From the NCBI RefSeq assembly GCF_001194135.2, contig NC_068981.1, positions 177,336,166-177,400,165 on the forward strand: a stretch of 64,000 bases of DNA, in the 5' to 3' direction. The notes under the pieces were generated by a model that worked only from the letters and a program-made list of their open reading frames with translations, ran no database searches and was not told the DNA's origin. Made by a program: the position numbers and the translations under genes. This document shows, piece by piece, positions 49,376-61,682 of the stretch (positions are counted from its first letter, which is position 1; every line of letters begins with the position of its first letter). This DNA comes from Octopus bimaculoides (taxonomy: Eukaryota).

Positions 49376-50093
49376 CAACATATACTACATATGCGTAATT
49401 GATAGACTGCATCTATCTCCTCAGAATGATTTCTTTTCACTAGAATTGTAAACGTCACAGAAAATAATTTTTATCAAAGATCAGTATATTCTCGCTCGCA
49501 CTTGGCATGGCAATGGGTGTAATAAGGAAGTTCCAGGGAAACTTATTTGCTTTCATCTCATGTTAGAATCAAAATAGATTGCACCCATATTATTTCGCTA
49601 GCATCAAACTGTTATAACAGTTTGGATGCAGCCTTTGGCTTTGGAATGCAGATAATTGAAAATTTATACCCTTTTTTTCTTTTTTCATTAATATATTTTT
49701 ACATTGTAGTTGTTCTTTAATATAGACACGTTTTGTGGAGACCATTTAACACGTTCATTATTTGTGTTAGCGCAAAATGCTGCTAAGGACGCAATATCTA
49801 CTCTGTGGAGTCTTGTTCTGCAATCTCCAAGTTATCTCGTGTAATTTACGGTAGTTTTGTTTTTCTATTTTCTATGAACTGAAACGTTTGGACAAATGTC
49901 ACCTAAATGATTGTCACAGGTCAAGAGTTGAAGTCAGGGGGATTAGACTCGCAAAATGATTACTATGTGACATAGTAAAGGGATATAATTACTTAAGGTA
50001 CTTGAAACTACCAATCTGCTCCTTCAAATGTAGCTACAGAAATTTATACACAAACAGAGAAATATAGTGGTGGTTAAAATAAAGAAACCCTGC

Positions 50094-50095
50094 AC

Positions 50096-50178
<83 letters not shown>
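50094..50178. repeat. Compound (CT)n(CA)n microsatellite
   Basis: Direct inspection. Other long (TG)n/(TA)n tracts lie at about 20415-20478, 21355-21388, 21688-21737, 30328-30391, 45987-46028 and around the gaps. Confidence 0.95.
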
Positions 50179-50179
<1 letters not shown>

Positions 50180-50584
50180 CAGACGCTCTCAGAATCACCT
50201 AAAAAAAGGCATCAATTTCATATGTAGCAATGACAGTATACTTTGCACGCCTGCCTGAAGCTCAACTTACTGAGACAGTCATTTATTTCGAACTATAAAC
50301 TGAATCCCGAATACACGGAAATCAAAAATAGAGATACACGCTGAAACGATGCAAGACACCTCAGACCTAACTTGAGAAACTGGCAAAAACTTGCATTGGC
50401 AGGCGCTCAACCATTGGTAATGGTGTAAGAAAACCCACACAAATATACTGACAAGAAACGAATACATGAAAGTGATCTTCGCTTCCCAAAACCAGTAAAA
50501 CCATCAAACGTCACATCTACCAAATATGTGCCCTTCACGTGCGCTTACTCTCGAACGGCAGTATCAAGAGGGTCGATGTCGGTA

Positions 50585-50637
<53 letters not shown>

Positions 50638-51308
50638 NNNNNNNNNNNNNNNNNNNNNNNNNNNNNNNNNNNNNNNNNNNNNNNNNNNNNNNNNNNNNNN
50701 NNNNNNNNNNNNNNNNNNNNNNNNNNNNNNNNNNNNNNNNNNNNNNNNNNNNNNNNNNNNNNNNNNNNNNNNNNNNNNNNNNNNNNNNNNNNNNNNNNNN
50801 NNNNNNNNNNNNNNNNNNNNNNNNNNNNNNNNNNNNNNNNNNNNNNNNNNNNNNNNNNNNNNNNNNNNNNNNNNNNNNNNNNNNNNNNNNNNNNNNNNNN
50901 NNNNNNNNNNNNNNNNNNNNNNNNNNNNNNNNNNNNNNNNNNNNNNNNNNNNNNNNNNNNNNNNNNNNNNNNNNNNNNNNNNNNNNNNNNNNNNNNNNNN
51001 NNNNNNNNNNNNNNNNNNNNNNNNNNNNNNNNNNNNNNNNNNNNNNNNNNNNNNNNNNNNNNNNNNNNNNNNNNNNNNNNNNNNNNNNNNNNNNNNNNNN
51101 NNNNNNNNNNNNNNNNNNNNNNNNNNNNNNNNNNNNNNNNNNNNNNNNNNNNNNNNNNNNNNNNNNNNNNNNNNNNNNNNNNNNNNNNNNNNNNNNNNNN
51201 NNNNNNNNNNNNNNNNNNNNNNNNNNNNNNNNNNNNNNNNNNNNNNNNNNNNNNNNNNNNNNNNNNNNNNNNNNNNNNNNNNNNNNNNNNNNNNNNNNNN
51301 NNNNNNNN

Positions 51309-51355
<47 letters not shown>

Positions 51356-52735
51356 ATGTAATTGTTTTGCCAAATAAACACACGCACTATATAGCCGTTC
51401 TTCACTTCAGATTTATTATTGTTCTTATTATTGTCTGGAAATATTTCGTCACACATCCTGTAACCTCTTCAGGACTCTCCCATCCCACGTTTCCTCTTGT
51501 TCTGTTTAGTTCATTCCGTTTTTCTAAGGTGTGTATCCTTATCTGCGCATCAGTTTGTATCTGTGTGTGTGTGTATCTTTGTGTTTGTGTGTGTGTGTGT
51601 GTCTGTGTGCGTGTGTGTGCTTTTGTACGTGTATGTATATGGCCTTGTTTATTATACTCTTTGTATCCGTGCCCTTTATTTAGTTTAAATATCTATAATG
51701 CATTAAAAATGAAGATCAATCTTGCTTGCTTGCTTGCTTGCTTGCTTGCCTTCAATGTTACACAACCAAACTGGCGCACAATGGAAAAATACTTTGAAAG
51801 TAAAATGTCCCCGAAATGTGAATATGAACAGAATAAAACAAGTTTCAGGTAAATCGGACCAGTAGTTATTGAGATATTCTGGGTTTTGAGGTATAAATAC
51901 CCAAAACCGTGCATAATGAGAAAATACTCTGAAAATAACTTAACCCTGAAAAGGAAGAAACTCTAACCTTTCCATTAGACATATTATGATGGGCAAAATA
52001 TTTTAAAGTGAAAATGACTTTAAAAATACGGTAAATATTTCATAAAAGACCCGTTCGTAACCTCGATGTGAAATAATTTTTTTCCATAGGTTTTTTCGAG
52101 TGCATTCAACGTATCTCCCCTCCAAAGATTTGGCTGCTATTTCTAGCAGGCCCTGCTACCACGTAACAGCTAATTGTAATAAAGGACCCGAAATAGTTGT
52201 TACATGGTAGCAGGGCGTGCAAGAAATAGTAGCCAAATCTTTCCTTTAAGTTGAAAGCATGCGAAATAACCAGGAAAAGAAAAAAAACCCACGAAACAAA
52301 ACTCCGTTGGNNNNNNNNNNNNNNNNNNNNNNNNNNNNNNNNNNNNNNNNNNNNNNNNNNNNNNNNNNNNNNNNNNNNNNNNNNNNNNNNNNNNNNNNNN
52401 NNNNNNNNNNNNNNNNNNNNNNNNNNNNNNNNNNNNNNNNNNNNNNNNNNNNNNNNNNNNNNNNNNNNNNNNNNNNNNNNNNNNNNNNNNNNNNNNNNNN
52501 NNNNNNNNNNNNNNNNNNNNNNNNNNNNNNNNNNNNNNNNNNNNNNNNNNNNNNNNNNNNNNNNNNNNNNNNNNNNNNNNNNNNNNNNNNNNNNNNNNNN
52601 NNNNNNNNNNNNNNNNNNNNNNNNNNNNNNNNNNNNNNNNNNNNNNNNNNNNNNNNNNNNNNNNNNNNNNNNNNNNNNNNNNNNNNNNNNNNNNNNNNNN
52701 NNNNNNNNNNNNNNNNNNNNNNNNNNNNNNNNNNN

Positions 52736-52777
<42 letters not shown>

Positions 52778-52877
52778 CAGTATTTTATATATCCGAAACA
52801 AAAGCACATTCTAAAACACTAGAGCAATAATATATTTGTCGTGTATTGATAGTTAGCTTCTGCATGCTAATTGTTTT

Positions 52878-53250
52878 CTCACTGAAATTTTAAATGAATC
52901 GCCCAAGGTATCCGATTAGCCCAAGAAAGGATTGCAGTTCCTCGGTGTTTTTTTGCTAATTTAATGCCATGATTCTTTAAGTGAGTTCTTTTGCGGCTTT
53001 AATTCCTTCTGCCGATATCATACAGTCTAAAAATGTGATGCTTGTAATCTTTTGAACACATTTTTCTTTGTTGGCACTGACTTGTTTCTCGCGTAATCTT
53101 CCGTTTATTCAGGCTCTATTCCGTCTTAGCAAAAACGACTATATCGTCTTGGAAAGCGCTGAAATCTTTTAGTCCCTTGAGCACTATGTCCTCTTTAGCA
53201 TGCTGAAGAATTACAGAACTATTTTTTATCCCCTTCTGAAATCGCGTTAC
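52878..53250 (-). mobile_element. Ty3/Gypsy LTR-retrotransposon reverse transcriptase fragment
   Basis: RFQKGIKNSSVILQ...FSAFQDDIVVF (cf. P.G.KNS.A.FQ...YxDD) and KNTEELQSFLGLIGYLGRFI. Contains stops and frameshifts. Confidence 0.85.
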
Positions 53251-53486
53251 CAAGTATGAAATAAGCAAATTACAAAACTTAACAATAGCATCAACCGTGA
53301 ATGGAATCAATTGTGTGTCCCTGTTTATTTTAACCGTAATATATGCAAGAAAAAAAAAAACGGATGAGTCCACATAAAACTCATACATGTCATGTGACTG
53401 GCGGTTTCTAATTATTTAAAACAAATATACAACAACATTTATTATTTATTCATCAGGAGTTCAATACATGAAAATATTTTTTCAGA

Positions 53487-54308
53487 AGGTTGATTGTTAT
53501 GAACAGCCAGAGAGTAACCACTGGTTTGCACCATAAAGCGCTTAGCTGTATAGGCGACTCATCAGACTCAAATGCACATAATCACTCGACAACTTGAAGG
53601 AGGAAAACGTCATGGTCAGTTAGTTTTATAAACAAAAAGAATACATCCGGAATGACCTTGCAAGTAGGGTTTCAGGCGAGACGAGGTAATCTACCTTACA
53701 TAGGTTTCAACCGAGAAGATTTACGAAGTTGTTGGCGTGGTTCTAATCGGCAAATAGGGAATTCCAAGCTTGCAACAGGAAACGTCTCTGATGGGAACAT
53801 CGACTAAACACTTCTTTTCTGGAGTTTAAAAATACTCCCGCGTTAAGCTAGTTTTTCAGGATTCTTGCTCACTCTGCCAAGCAAAGCTAACATTGTTTGC
53901 GCTCGTTGATATGGCCCCGGTTGTTCGAGGAGCCTCCATTTAATTACGCCCTCCTCTTTTAAACGCCATACATGGCTGGAAAGGGACGCGATGTTTCTTA
54001 AAAGAGGACCTGTGGTTGCTCAGACGTTACTTAAAAGGGATCCCCGTCTCCACGCCAACAACTTCGTAAATTGTCACGGTTGGAACCGATGTAAGAGAGA
54101 TAACCTCGTCCCACCTGGAACTTTACCTACAGGGTCATCTCGGAAGTATATTTTTGTTTACAAAACTGACCATGACGTTTTCCTCCCTCCAGTTGTAGAG
54201 AGGTTGTGTGCCTCCAGCCATTTGAGTTTGATGAGTCACTTATACAGCTAAGCGCTTTATAGGTGTGAAACGAATGGTCACTCTCTGACCGGCCATAACA
54301 ATCGACCT
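53487..54308 (-). mobile_element. Penelope-like element relic (GIY-YIG endonuclease region) with ~255-bp inverted partial duplication
   Basis: Minus frames read DEVISLTSVPTVTIYEVVGVETGIPFK*RLSNHRSSFKK and SLSSHVWRLKEEGVIKWRLLEQPGPYQ, matching YVG.T...FK.R..NH..SF / LS.H.W.LK...I.W..L...PY. Segment 53487-53740 is a diverged reverse complement of 54050-54308. Confidence 0.72.
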
Positions 54309-54610
54309 CAAACACACACACAGATCATAGACAGAAAATGGAATTCACGAGATTCTTTATTCAAATTCAATACAGTTGTTTCGAAGCAATAGTAGCGGAT
54401 TTGAATAAAGAATCTAATGAATTCTATTTTCCGTCTCTGATCTATTTATATAAACTCAACGGCACCAAAGAATTCCTGAAGTAAATCCAGTAGCATATGC
54501 ATCCCTACTGATGTTGACATCAGGTACCCAATCAATGTAGTCGAGCTTTACACAGCATCCTACAAGGTTTATACCAGAATATGTTTTTAATTTTTAACTA
54601 TATATACAGG

Positions 54611-54831
54611 CCGTTCCCGTGCTATAGGTTCATAAGGCCGGTTTCCTGGGTTCTCCCTCCTTGGACAGGACGCCGGTCCATCACAGGATTACTCATTCAT
54701 GCTAGCCGAATCGACTGGAGCTACGTGAAATGAAGTGTTTTATTCAAGAACATAACACATCGCCCAGTCCAGTAATCGAAACCACAATCTTGCGATCATG
54801 AATGCAAAACCTTAACTACTAAGCCATGTAC
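54611..54831 (-). mobile_element. tRNA-derived SINE, family C
   Basis: Reverse complement has A-box-like TGGCTTAGTAGTTAAGG and B-box-like GGTTTCGATTAC. The body TGTGATGGACCGGCGTCCTGTCCAAGG is distinct from families A and B. Confidence 0.7.
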
Positions 54832-55684
54832 TTCTTTCTCTCTCTATATATATATATATGTATGTGTATATATATATATATATATATNNNNNNNNNNNNN
54901 NNNNNNNNNNNNNNNNNNNNNNNNNNNNNNNNNNNNNNNNNNNNNNNNNNNNNNNNNNNNNNNNNNNNNNNNNNNNNNNNNNNNNNNNNNNNNNNNNNNN
55001 NNNNNNNNNNNNNNNNNNNNNNNNNNNNNNNNNNNNNNNNNNNNNNNNNNNNNNNNNNNNNNNNNNNNNNNNNNNNNNNNNNNNNNNNNNNNNNNNNNNN
55101 NNNNNNNNNNNNNNNNNNNNNNNNNNNNNNNNNNNNNNNNNNNNNNNNNNNNNNNNNNNNNNNNNNNNNNNNNNNNNNNNNNNNNNNNNNNNNNNNNNNN
55201 NNNNNNNNNNNNNNNNNNNNNNNNNNNNNNNNNNNNNNNNNNNNNNNNNNNNNNNNNNNNNNNNNNNNNNNNNNNNNNNNNNNNNNNNNNNNNNNNNNNN
55301 NNNNNNNNNNNNNNNNNNNNNNNNNNNNNNNNNNNNNNNNNNNNNNNNNNNNNNNNNNNNNNNNNNNNNNNNNNNNNNNNNNNNNNNNNNNNNNNNNNNN
55401 NNNNNNNNNNNNNNNNNNNNNNNNNNNNNNNNNNNNNNNNNNNNNNNNNNNNNNNNNNNNNNNNNNNNNNNNNNNNNNNNNNNNNNNNNNNNNNNNNNNN
55501 NNNNNNNNNNNNNNNNNNNNNNNNNNNNNNNNNNNNNNNNNNNNNNNNNNNNNNNNNNNNNNNNNNNNNNNNNNNNNNNNTATATACATATATATATATA
55601 TATATATTAGGGAATGTAAAATTCCAAACATACAGGAATATTCAATTTAGTAATACCAAATTGAATTTTATAATAAATAATATA

Positions 55685-55868
55685 TGTATATAAATATAAT
55701 TTAGAGAGGAACCACCAATATACAATTCAAACAATGAAGGGGACCAATCACCATCAAGAAAAGCGTACTCTACAACTCTACTCTGTAGAGTACGCTTTTC
55801 TTGATGATGATTGGTCTCCTTCATTGTTTGAATTGTATATTGGTGGTTCTTCTCTAAATTATATTTAT

Positions 55869-55873
<5 letters not shown>
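55685..55873. repeat. 90-bp-arm near-perfect foldback inverted repeat
   Basis: Arms at 55685-55774 and 55784-55873, 9-nt spacer, three transition mismatches. Confidence 0.97.
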
Positions 55874-55914
<41 letters not shown>

Positions 55915-57026
55915 GGAGACAGACAGAGACACACAGACAGATGGTAGTGGAAGTATAAGTATTTTCATTCAAATATTATTTAAATAACAATGCATTGGGA
56001 ATGCTTCAGAGTCCAGCACAGTTCTGTTTGCGACTGAAGGCATGGGCAATAGGATTAATTTCTAATAAAGAAATGAGGTTGTTTCACTTAGCAAGCGTTT
56101 CTGATTACAATTAAAATACACTTTTATTCTTGTGCGTGAGCTCCCCTAAAGTGCTTGCAAAAAGCAAGACAAACCGAAATTTCGAAAATATATTTTAATG
56201 AAACATTAGACAAGTCCATCTATGGAAGGCAATTTTTAAAGAAATGTTGGGATTAAAGTAATAGCCTCCTCTTGCCACGAAACATCTTTGGAACCAGTTT
56301 ATGTCGCCTTGTAATCATTAAAAGAATGTGCTTTATTAAATGGAAGCAGTTTCATAAAAATGCTTGATATGGTTGATGAAATGAAAATCACTTAATGTGA
56401 TATCGACGCCAAATAGTGAAGTGAGCAATGTGGATGATGCATAGTTTGTTGCTGTGATAGTTAGTACCAGCTTAACTCTAACCGAGCAAACCAATGTTCA
56501 ACAGCATTCCATCCGTAACTAACCTATCTTATTCTTATATGCAGAGTATCCAGATCACATTATTCAACGTCTGTTAAGATACTAGTGTATGATTTGAGGT
56601 TGATTTGGCAGCTATTTCCTGCATCTCGATCACGTAGAGGCTCCCTTGGTGACCCGAAACATAGTTATTGAACTGCCGACCAACGGCAGAATTAACATAC
56701 ATTCATATTTCCTTATACGCTTGCATTTGAAACTGTTGAATCGGTAAATATTTTTTTTTTTTAATAATTATTAAAAACTATGCCAACATATTCAAAGAAA
56801 CTTGGCAGCATAAAGATTTGTCAGACATTTGTGAAAGTGCTCAATTTCCAGTTAGCGAGCTCACCTGTACTCTTTCATTCATATGACCTTCAGTTTCTTT
56901 ATGATACACAGACAAGTGGTTCTTGTCCTCTGTCTGCATGTTTCTCAAGAACTGTTGGTTTTCTAACTCAAATTGCGCTATATATAATCAAAGGCCGTTC
57001 CCGAGCATTACGTAAAATTTTTGTGC

Positions 57027-57259
57027 TATTTCTTTACTACCCACAAGGGGCTACACACAGAGGGGACAAACAAGGACAGACAAACGGATTAAGTCGATTA
57101 TACCGACCCCAGTGCGTAACTGGTACTTATTTAATCGACCCCGAAAGGATGAAAGGCAAAGTCGACCTCGGTGGAATTTGAACTCAGAATGTAGCGGCAG
57201 TCGAAATACCGCTAAGCATTTCGCCAGGCGTGCTAACGTTTCTGCCAGCTCGCCGCCTT
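57027..57259 (-). mobile_element. SINE family A, young full-length copy with 15-bp TSD
   Basis: Near-consensus with CpGs intact. GTAAAATTTTTGTGC occurs at 57012-57026 and 57269-57283. Confidence 0.95.
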
Positions 57260-58147
57260 GATTTTTGTGTAAAATTTTTGTGCGTCTGGTGTGTCACAAA
57301 AAACAAAAAGAAAAACAAACAAAAAGAAAACCTTCGAAACCCAATATGTTGATCTTAATTGATGTTTTTGCCTCTAAATTTTGTTTATTAGTGTCAGAGG
57401 ATTAAACTCTATATAAATTCTTTGTAAAAACTGATTTGTCACCTTGTTTCAAGGTTGTAATCTGCCTGTCAATGTTTCTTCAGGTGAATAACAAATGCAA
57501 AATGTTTCAAGCCATTACTCGCCAGAAAATTTTCTTATTCTTCTGTTATAACGCTCTTCATCATTCTCAATTGAGATATATAAAGAATAAGAGAACGTAT
57601 TGATCAGCGATAGGAATGAAGCTCATTCAACCTCAAAGATATCAACATATGGTTGCAACAGAGAAATTATGACGGCGGCGACGACGATGATGATGACGCT
57701 AATGATTACGCAATTCAGACGTGATCGCAGGAATTTATACAATTATTGACATTAACAATGACGTGGGTTGGCAGTTTTGGGTCAGTAAAATAAGAATATG
57801 ACCACTGGTCTATGTAGATGTACACGGTATATTGACGTCACAGAAGCCAATTAACCACAACAAAACTCTGCTCAGTTAGGACTGACTTGGGCTATACAAT
57901 CCCAAAACTCTTCTCTTTGTACGCACGTGCATGTGCGTAAGCGGGTGTAGGAGTGTAGGTCACGTTGTACTGTGCTCCAACCTGTTAAACAGGAAATACT
58001 TAAAATTTACAGTTGACCTCAGACAAAAGAGACGATTGCTGAGTCATTGATCATGTTGAATTATTTTTTTTTCTCTCTCCTCAGTTATATTCTGTTTTTT
58101 TCTTCTTTTTTTTTTTCTAATGTTTATCTTTGTTTAACATTTCATAG

Positions 58148-58270
58148 TGCGTACACGGAGAAGGTTTGATGTTAAAATGCCTCCAAAAGCAGAAGCTATT
58201 ATAGAATGGGAACTGAAACTTCTTTCCATACACATATCCGAAATCTTTATTATAATTATTCGGAATCGAG
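58148..58270 (+). CDS. Candidate 123-nt symmetric (phase 1-1) exon of an unknown plus-strand gene
   Basis: Long pyrimidine tract ending ttcatag and donor GAG|gtaact. Only one frame is open: xRTRRRFDVKMPPKAEAIIEWELKLLSIHISEIFIIIIRNR. No homology recognised. Confidence 0.33.
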
Positions 58271-59001
58271 GTAACTCGTTCATTCTTGAAAGTATGCGAA
58301 AGATTAATTTTCACATTGTCAAACAGATACCATTACTGACCATATACACTTGAAGCAGTTGTATCCAAATCCAAACAGCTAATTTCATCGTATAATCCAT
58401 AACTAAACAATGAAAATTCAGTACTACTACACTTCTTTTTCTGTACAGTAATGACCTATTTGCTGTTATCTATAGCAACACATATCTATGCAAATGGTAC
58501 CACTCTTCACTCCTCCTTAACCTTCCGCATATATGTGACAAATTACGAACAACTTAAACTTCTAGCGCTAAACACATACTGAATCCATGAACAATGGCTT
58601 TCAGAATACAATTCCAAAGGGAAACGTAACTGAGTCACTTTCAATAGGACAAAGATATAATCACTATATATGTATGTGTGTATATATATATCCAAAAAAA
58701 ATGGAACAAGAATGCAACAGACAACAATAAAACATCCGGACAGATAGACGATGCGAAGACAGACAGGAAAAAGGATGGGTCATTCGCAGCCTCCTCTCAT
58801 CAGTCAAGTTTCCAAATTATCCTTAGTTTCGGGCAGTTACACTTGTTCAAATCTGGCTGCCAACAAAAATCTAAGCTAAGAGCATTAAATATTTTGGGAG
58901 AAAGCAAGCGAATGTGTACGACAACAAAGACAAAAAACGGAGAACATGTTACACAATTACAAATACAAACAAGAAAATAACACGAGATTTGTATTACTTA
59001 T

Positions 59002-59388
59002 AGGCGTAGGAGTGGTTGTGTGGTAAGTAGCTTGCTCACGAACCACATGGTTCCGGGTTCAGTCCCACTGCGTGGCACCTTGGGCAAGTGTTTCTACTAT
59101 AGCCTCGGGCCGACCAAAGCCTTGTGAGTGGATTTGGTAGACGGAAACTGAAAGAAGCCCGTCGTATATACGTGTGTATGTATATGTTTGTGTGTCTGTG
59201 TTTGTCCCCACAACAGCGCTTGACAACCGATGCTGGTGTGTTTACGTCCCCGTAACTTAGCGGTTCGGCAAAAGACACCGATAGAATAAATACTAAGCTT
59301 ACAAAGAATAAGTCCTGAGGTCGATTTGCTCGACTAAAGGTGGTGCTCCAGCATGGCCACAGTCAAATGACTGAAACAAGTAAAAGAG
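59002..59388 (+). mobile_element. SINE family B, young near-full-length copy
   Basis: AGGCGTAGGAGTGGTTGTGTGGTAAG A-box region, GGGTTCAGTCCC B-box, central TA/TG tract, 3' TGACTGAAACAAGTAAAAGAG. CpGs intact. Confidence 0.95.
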
Positions 59389-61577
59389 GTGTCTTTCGAC
59401 TAATAAAAATGAATCAAGTTGAGCTGGTGTGTGTAGAGTGAAAGCTTTGAGACAGGAACATAGGAGATGAACATAAGGGATGAAAGTCAAGAGACAGGAA
59501 TTAAAAAGATGCTTTGCGGCCGGCAGTCGAGAAAGAAAGATCATGCCTGGCCAAACACCGGTCACGTGGAAGGAAAAGAGAGAGGTTGGGGGCAGCGGGA
59601 CTGAAGGATTAGGGGAAGAACGAGAGGAAATCGAAGGGACGTAGAGAAACGTACAAAAGAGATAAACAAGTAGGAAAAATAGGAATTAAAGAAGGTCAAG
59701 AAATGTGAGAGAGGAGGAGCAAGAAAAAGAAAAGGGGAAAGAAAGAAGTATGAGGGGGACTAAAAGAAAGAGTATATATATATATATATATATATATATA
59801 AGNNNNNNNNNNNNNNNNNNNNNNNNNNNNNNNNNNNNNNNNNNNNNNNNNNNNNNNNNNNNNNNNNNNNNNNNNNNNNNNNNNNNNNNNNNNNNNNNNN
59901 NNNNNNNNNNNNNNNNNNNNNNNNNNNNNNNNNNNNNNNNNNNNNNNNNNNNNNNNNNNNNNNNNNNNNNNNNNNNGTGATTATATCTTTGTCCTTAATG
60001 AAAGTTATTGTGTCCCCGTGAAAAAAAAAAACTGTTCATGGAACCAGTATGTTTAGCGATAGAAGTTTAGGTTGTATGTAATTTGTTAATACACACATAC
60101 ACACACACATACACACACACATACTGCACTTTGCCTAGTTATGAACAAATAAAATTCTCAGAATTTTACTACAAATGGGAAAGAAAATCTGCTTGGGTAT
60201 TGTGGCAACACCATATTGCAACAACTGCATCTCAAAAACTAGAAAAATACTGAATGAGCATAGGGCCAGTATTACTGCTAACTTGGAGTTGTAATAAATT
60301 AGATCAGTGAATTAGAAAAGCAATGAGCAAAAATTGTTTGCGGACTTTAGTTCCGACCTTTCATTCCGAGTTCCGGGTAGATATAATCAACTCATCTCTA
60401 AATCCAGGCCTTGTAATTTGGCTGAATCGAGAGAGGAGTGGGCAAATCTCCCTGCTGTATTTGGTTGCATTCTTTTAGATTCTGAATTCAAATCTTATCA
60501 AAGTCAACTTCGCTTTTATTCTTTCTAGAGTTGAGAAAATAAGTTCTAGTCATTTACTGTAGTTGATATAATTGACTCTTTCCTCTCGTGCTTAAAAACG
60601 ATAATTATTATTATCGACACTGCTACGGCTTTTATAGTTGAGGACGATGTTGTCAGAAACGATGTTGTCGTCAAATTTTACAGCATTTAATTTCACCTTT
60701 CTATATCATGAGATCAAATCCTCCCGCAGTCCACTGTCTTTCAATCCTCCAAGGCTGATAAAATAAATACCAGTAATATTCTCGATTCTTGTATTCAATC
60801 GAATAATAGCTCTTCTCTACAAATTTATGGTTTTATGCAATTTGCTTTCATTCTGCTATGAGTTCAAACGTCTTTTGGACTAATAAGATAAGATCCCTGT
60901 CACTGCGTCAATTGCATCAACTACTATGTCCTCCCATTAAAATGTATAATCATGTAGTTAACCCATAAAGCGCTGGATTTGCACTTACATAGCATGGACT
61001 GCTGAGCACATTTTATGAAAATGAGACTACCATACACACATGAAAAACAAAAAAATAGTTAAAATATCTTCTTGGTATATAATGGTGGCAAGTTTTACAT
61101 CATCTGAAAAGTCATTAGTTGAACTATTAGTCCACTTTCATTCTGGAGTGGGATATCGGAGCGTTTGAGTGACATTAGACCCCATCAAACGCCCATAAAT
61201 TAAATGCATCTCTCTGGGCCATGATCGTGACCTGTCGACCTGTGCCTGACGGCCACGATCGCGGCCCGTCGCGCTTTATGTGTTAATATAAAGCATTCTT
61301 CTTAATATTATTTTTAAAATAATGGGTTCAAATACCGTCGAGATCAACTTTACCTTTCATACTTCTGCTTCCCTAAATTTCCGACCCTGTGCCTATGTCT
61401 GAATTATCATTATGAAATGATAAGAGGTGGTTAAGTAACGGACGATAGCGGACACACCTCGCAGTGTCTGGAACCCATTGTTCTCCACGTCTAACCACAG
61501 CAGATTTCTTCCAGAAAGGAAAACAGAAAGAGAAGAAGAATCGAACCTGACGCTGAACTGATAGATATAAAATTCCT

Positions 61578-61682
61578 CGACCCCGAAAAGACGAAAAGCA
61601 AAGTTGATCTCGGCGGAATATGAACTCAGAGTGCAGAGAACCTAAACAAATACTCTAACTACTCTGATAATTTGCCGCCTTA
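61578..61682 (-). mobile_element. Partial, diverged SINE family A
   Basis: CGACCCCGAAAAGACGAAAAGCAAAGTTGATCTCGGCGGAATATGAACTCAGA...GCCGCCTT. Similarly degraded copies lie near 6900-7050, 10905-11050, 40600-40740 and 60430-60590. Confidence 0.7.

Noticed and set aside
56780-57181. 133-aa ORF (also 59036-59565 and 32748-32939)
   Set aside because: Chance read-through of SINE sequence.
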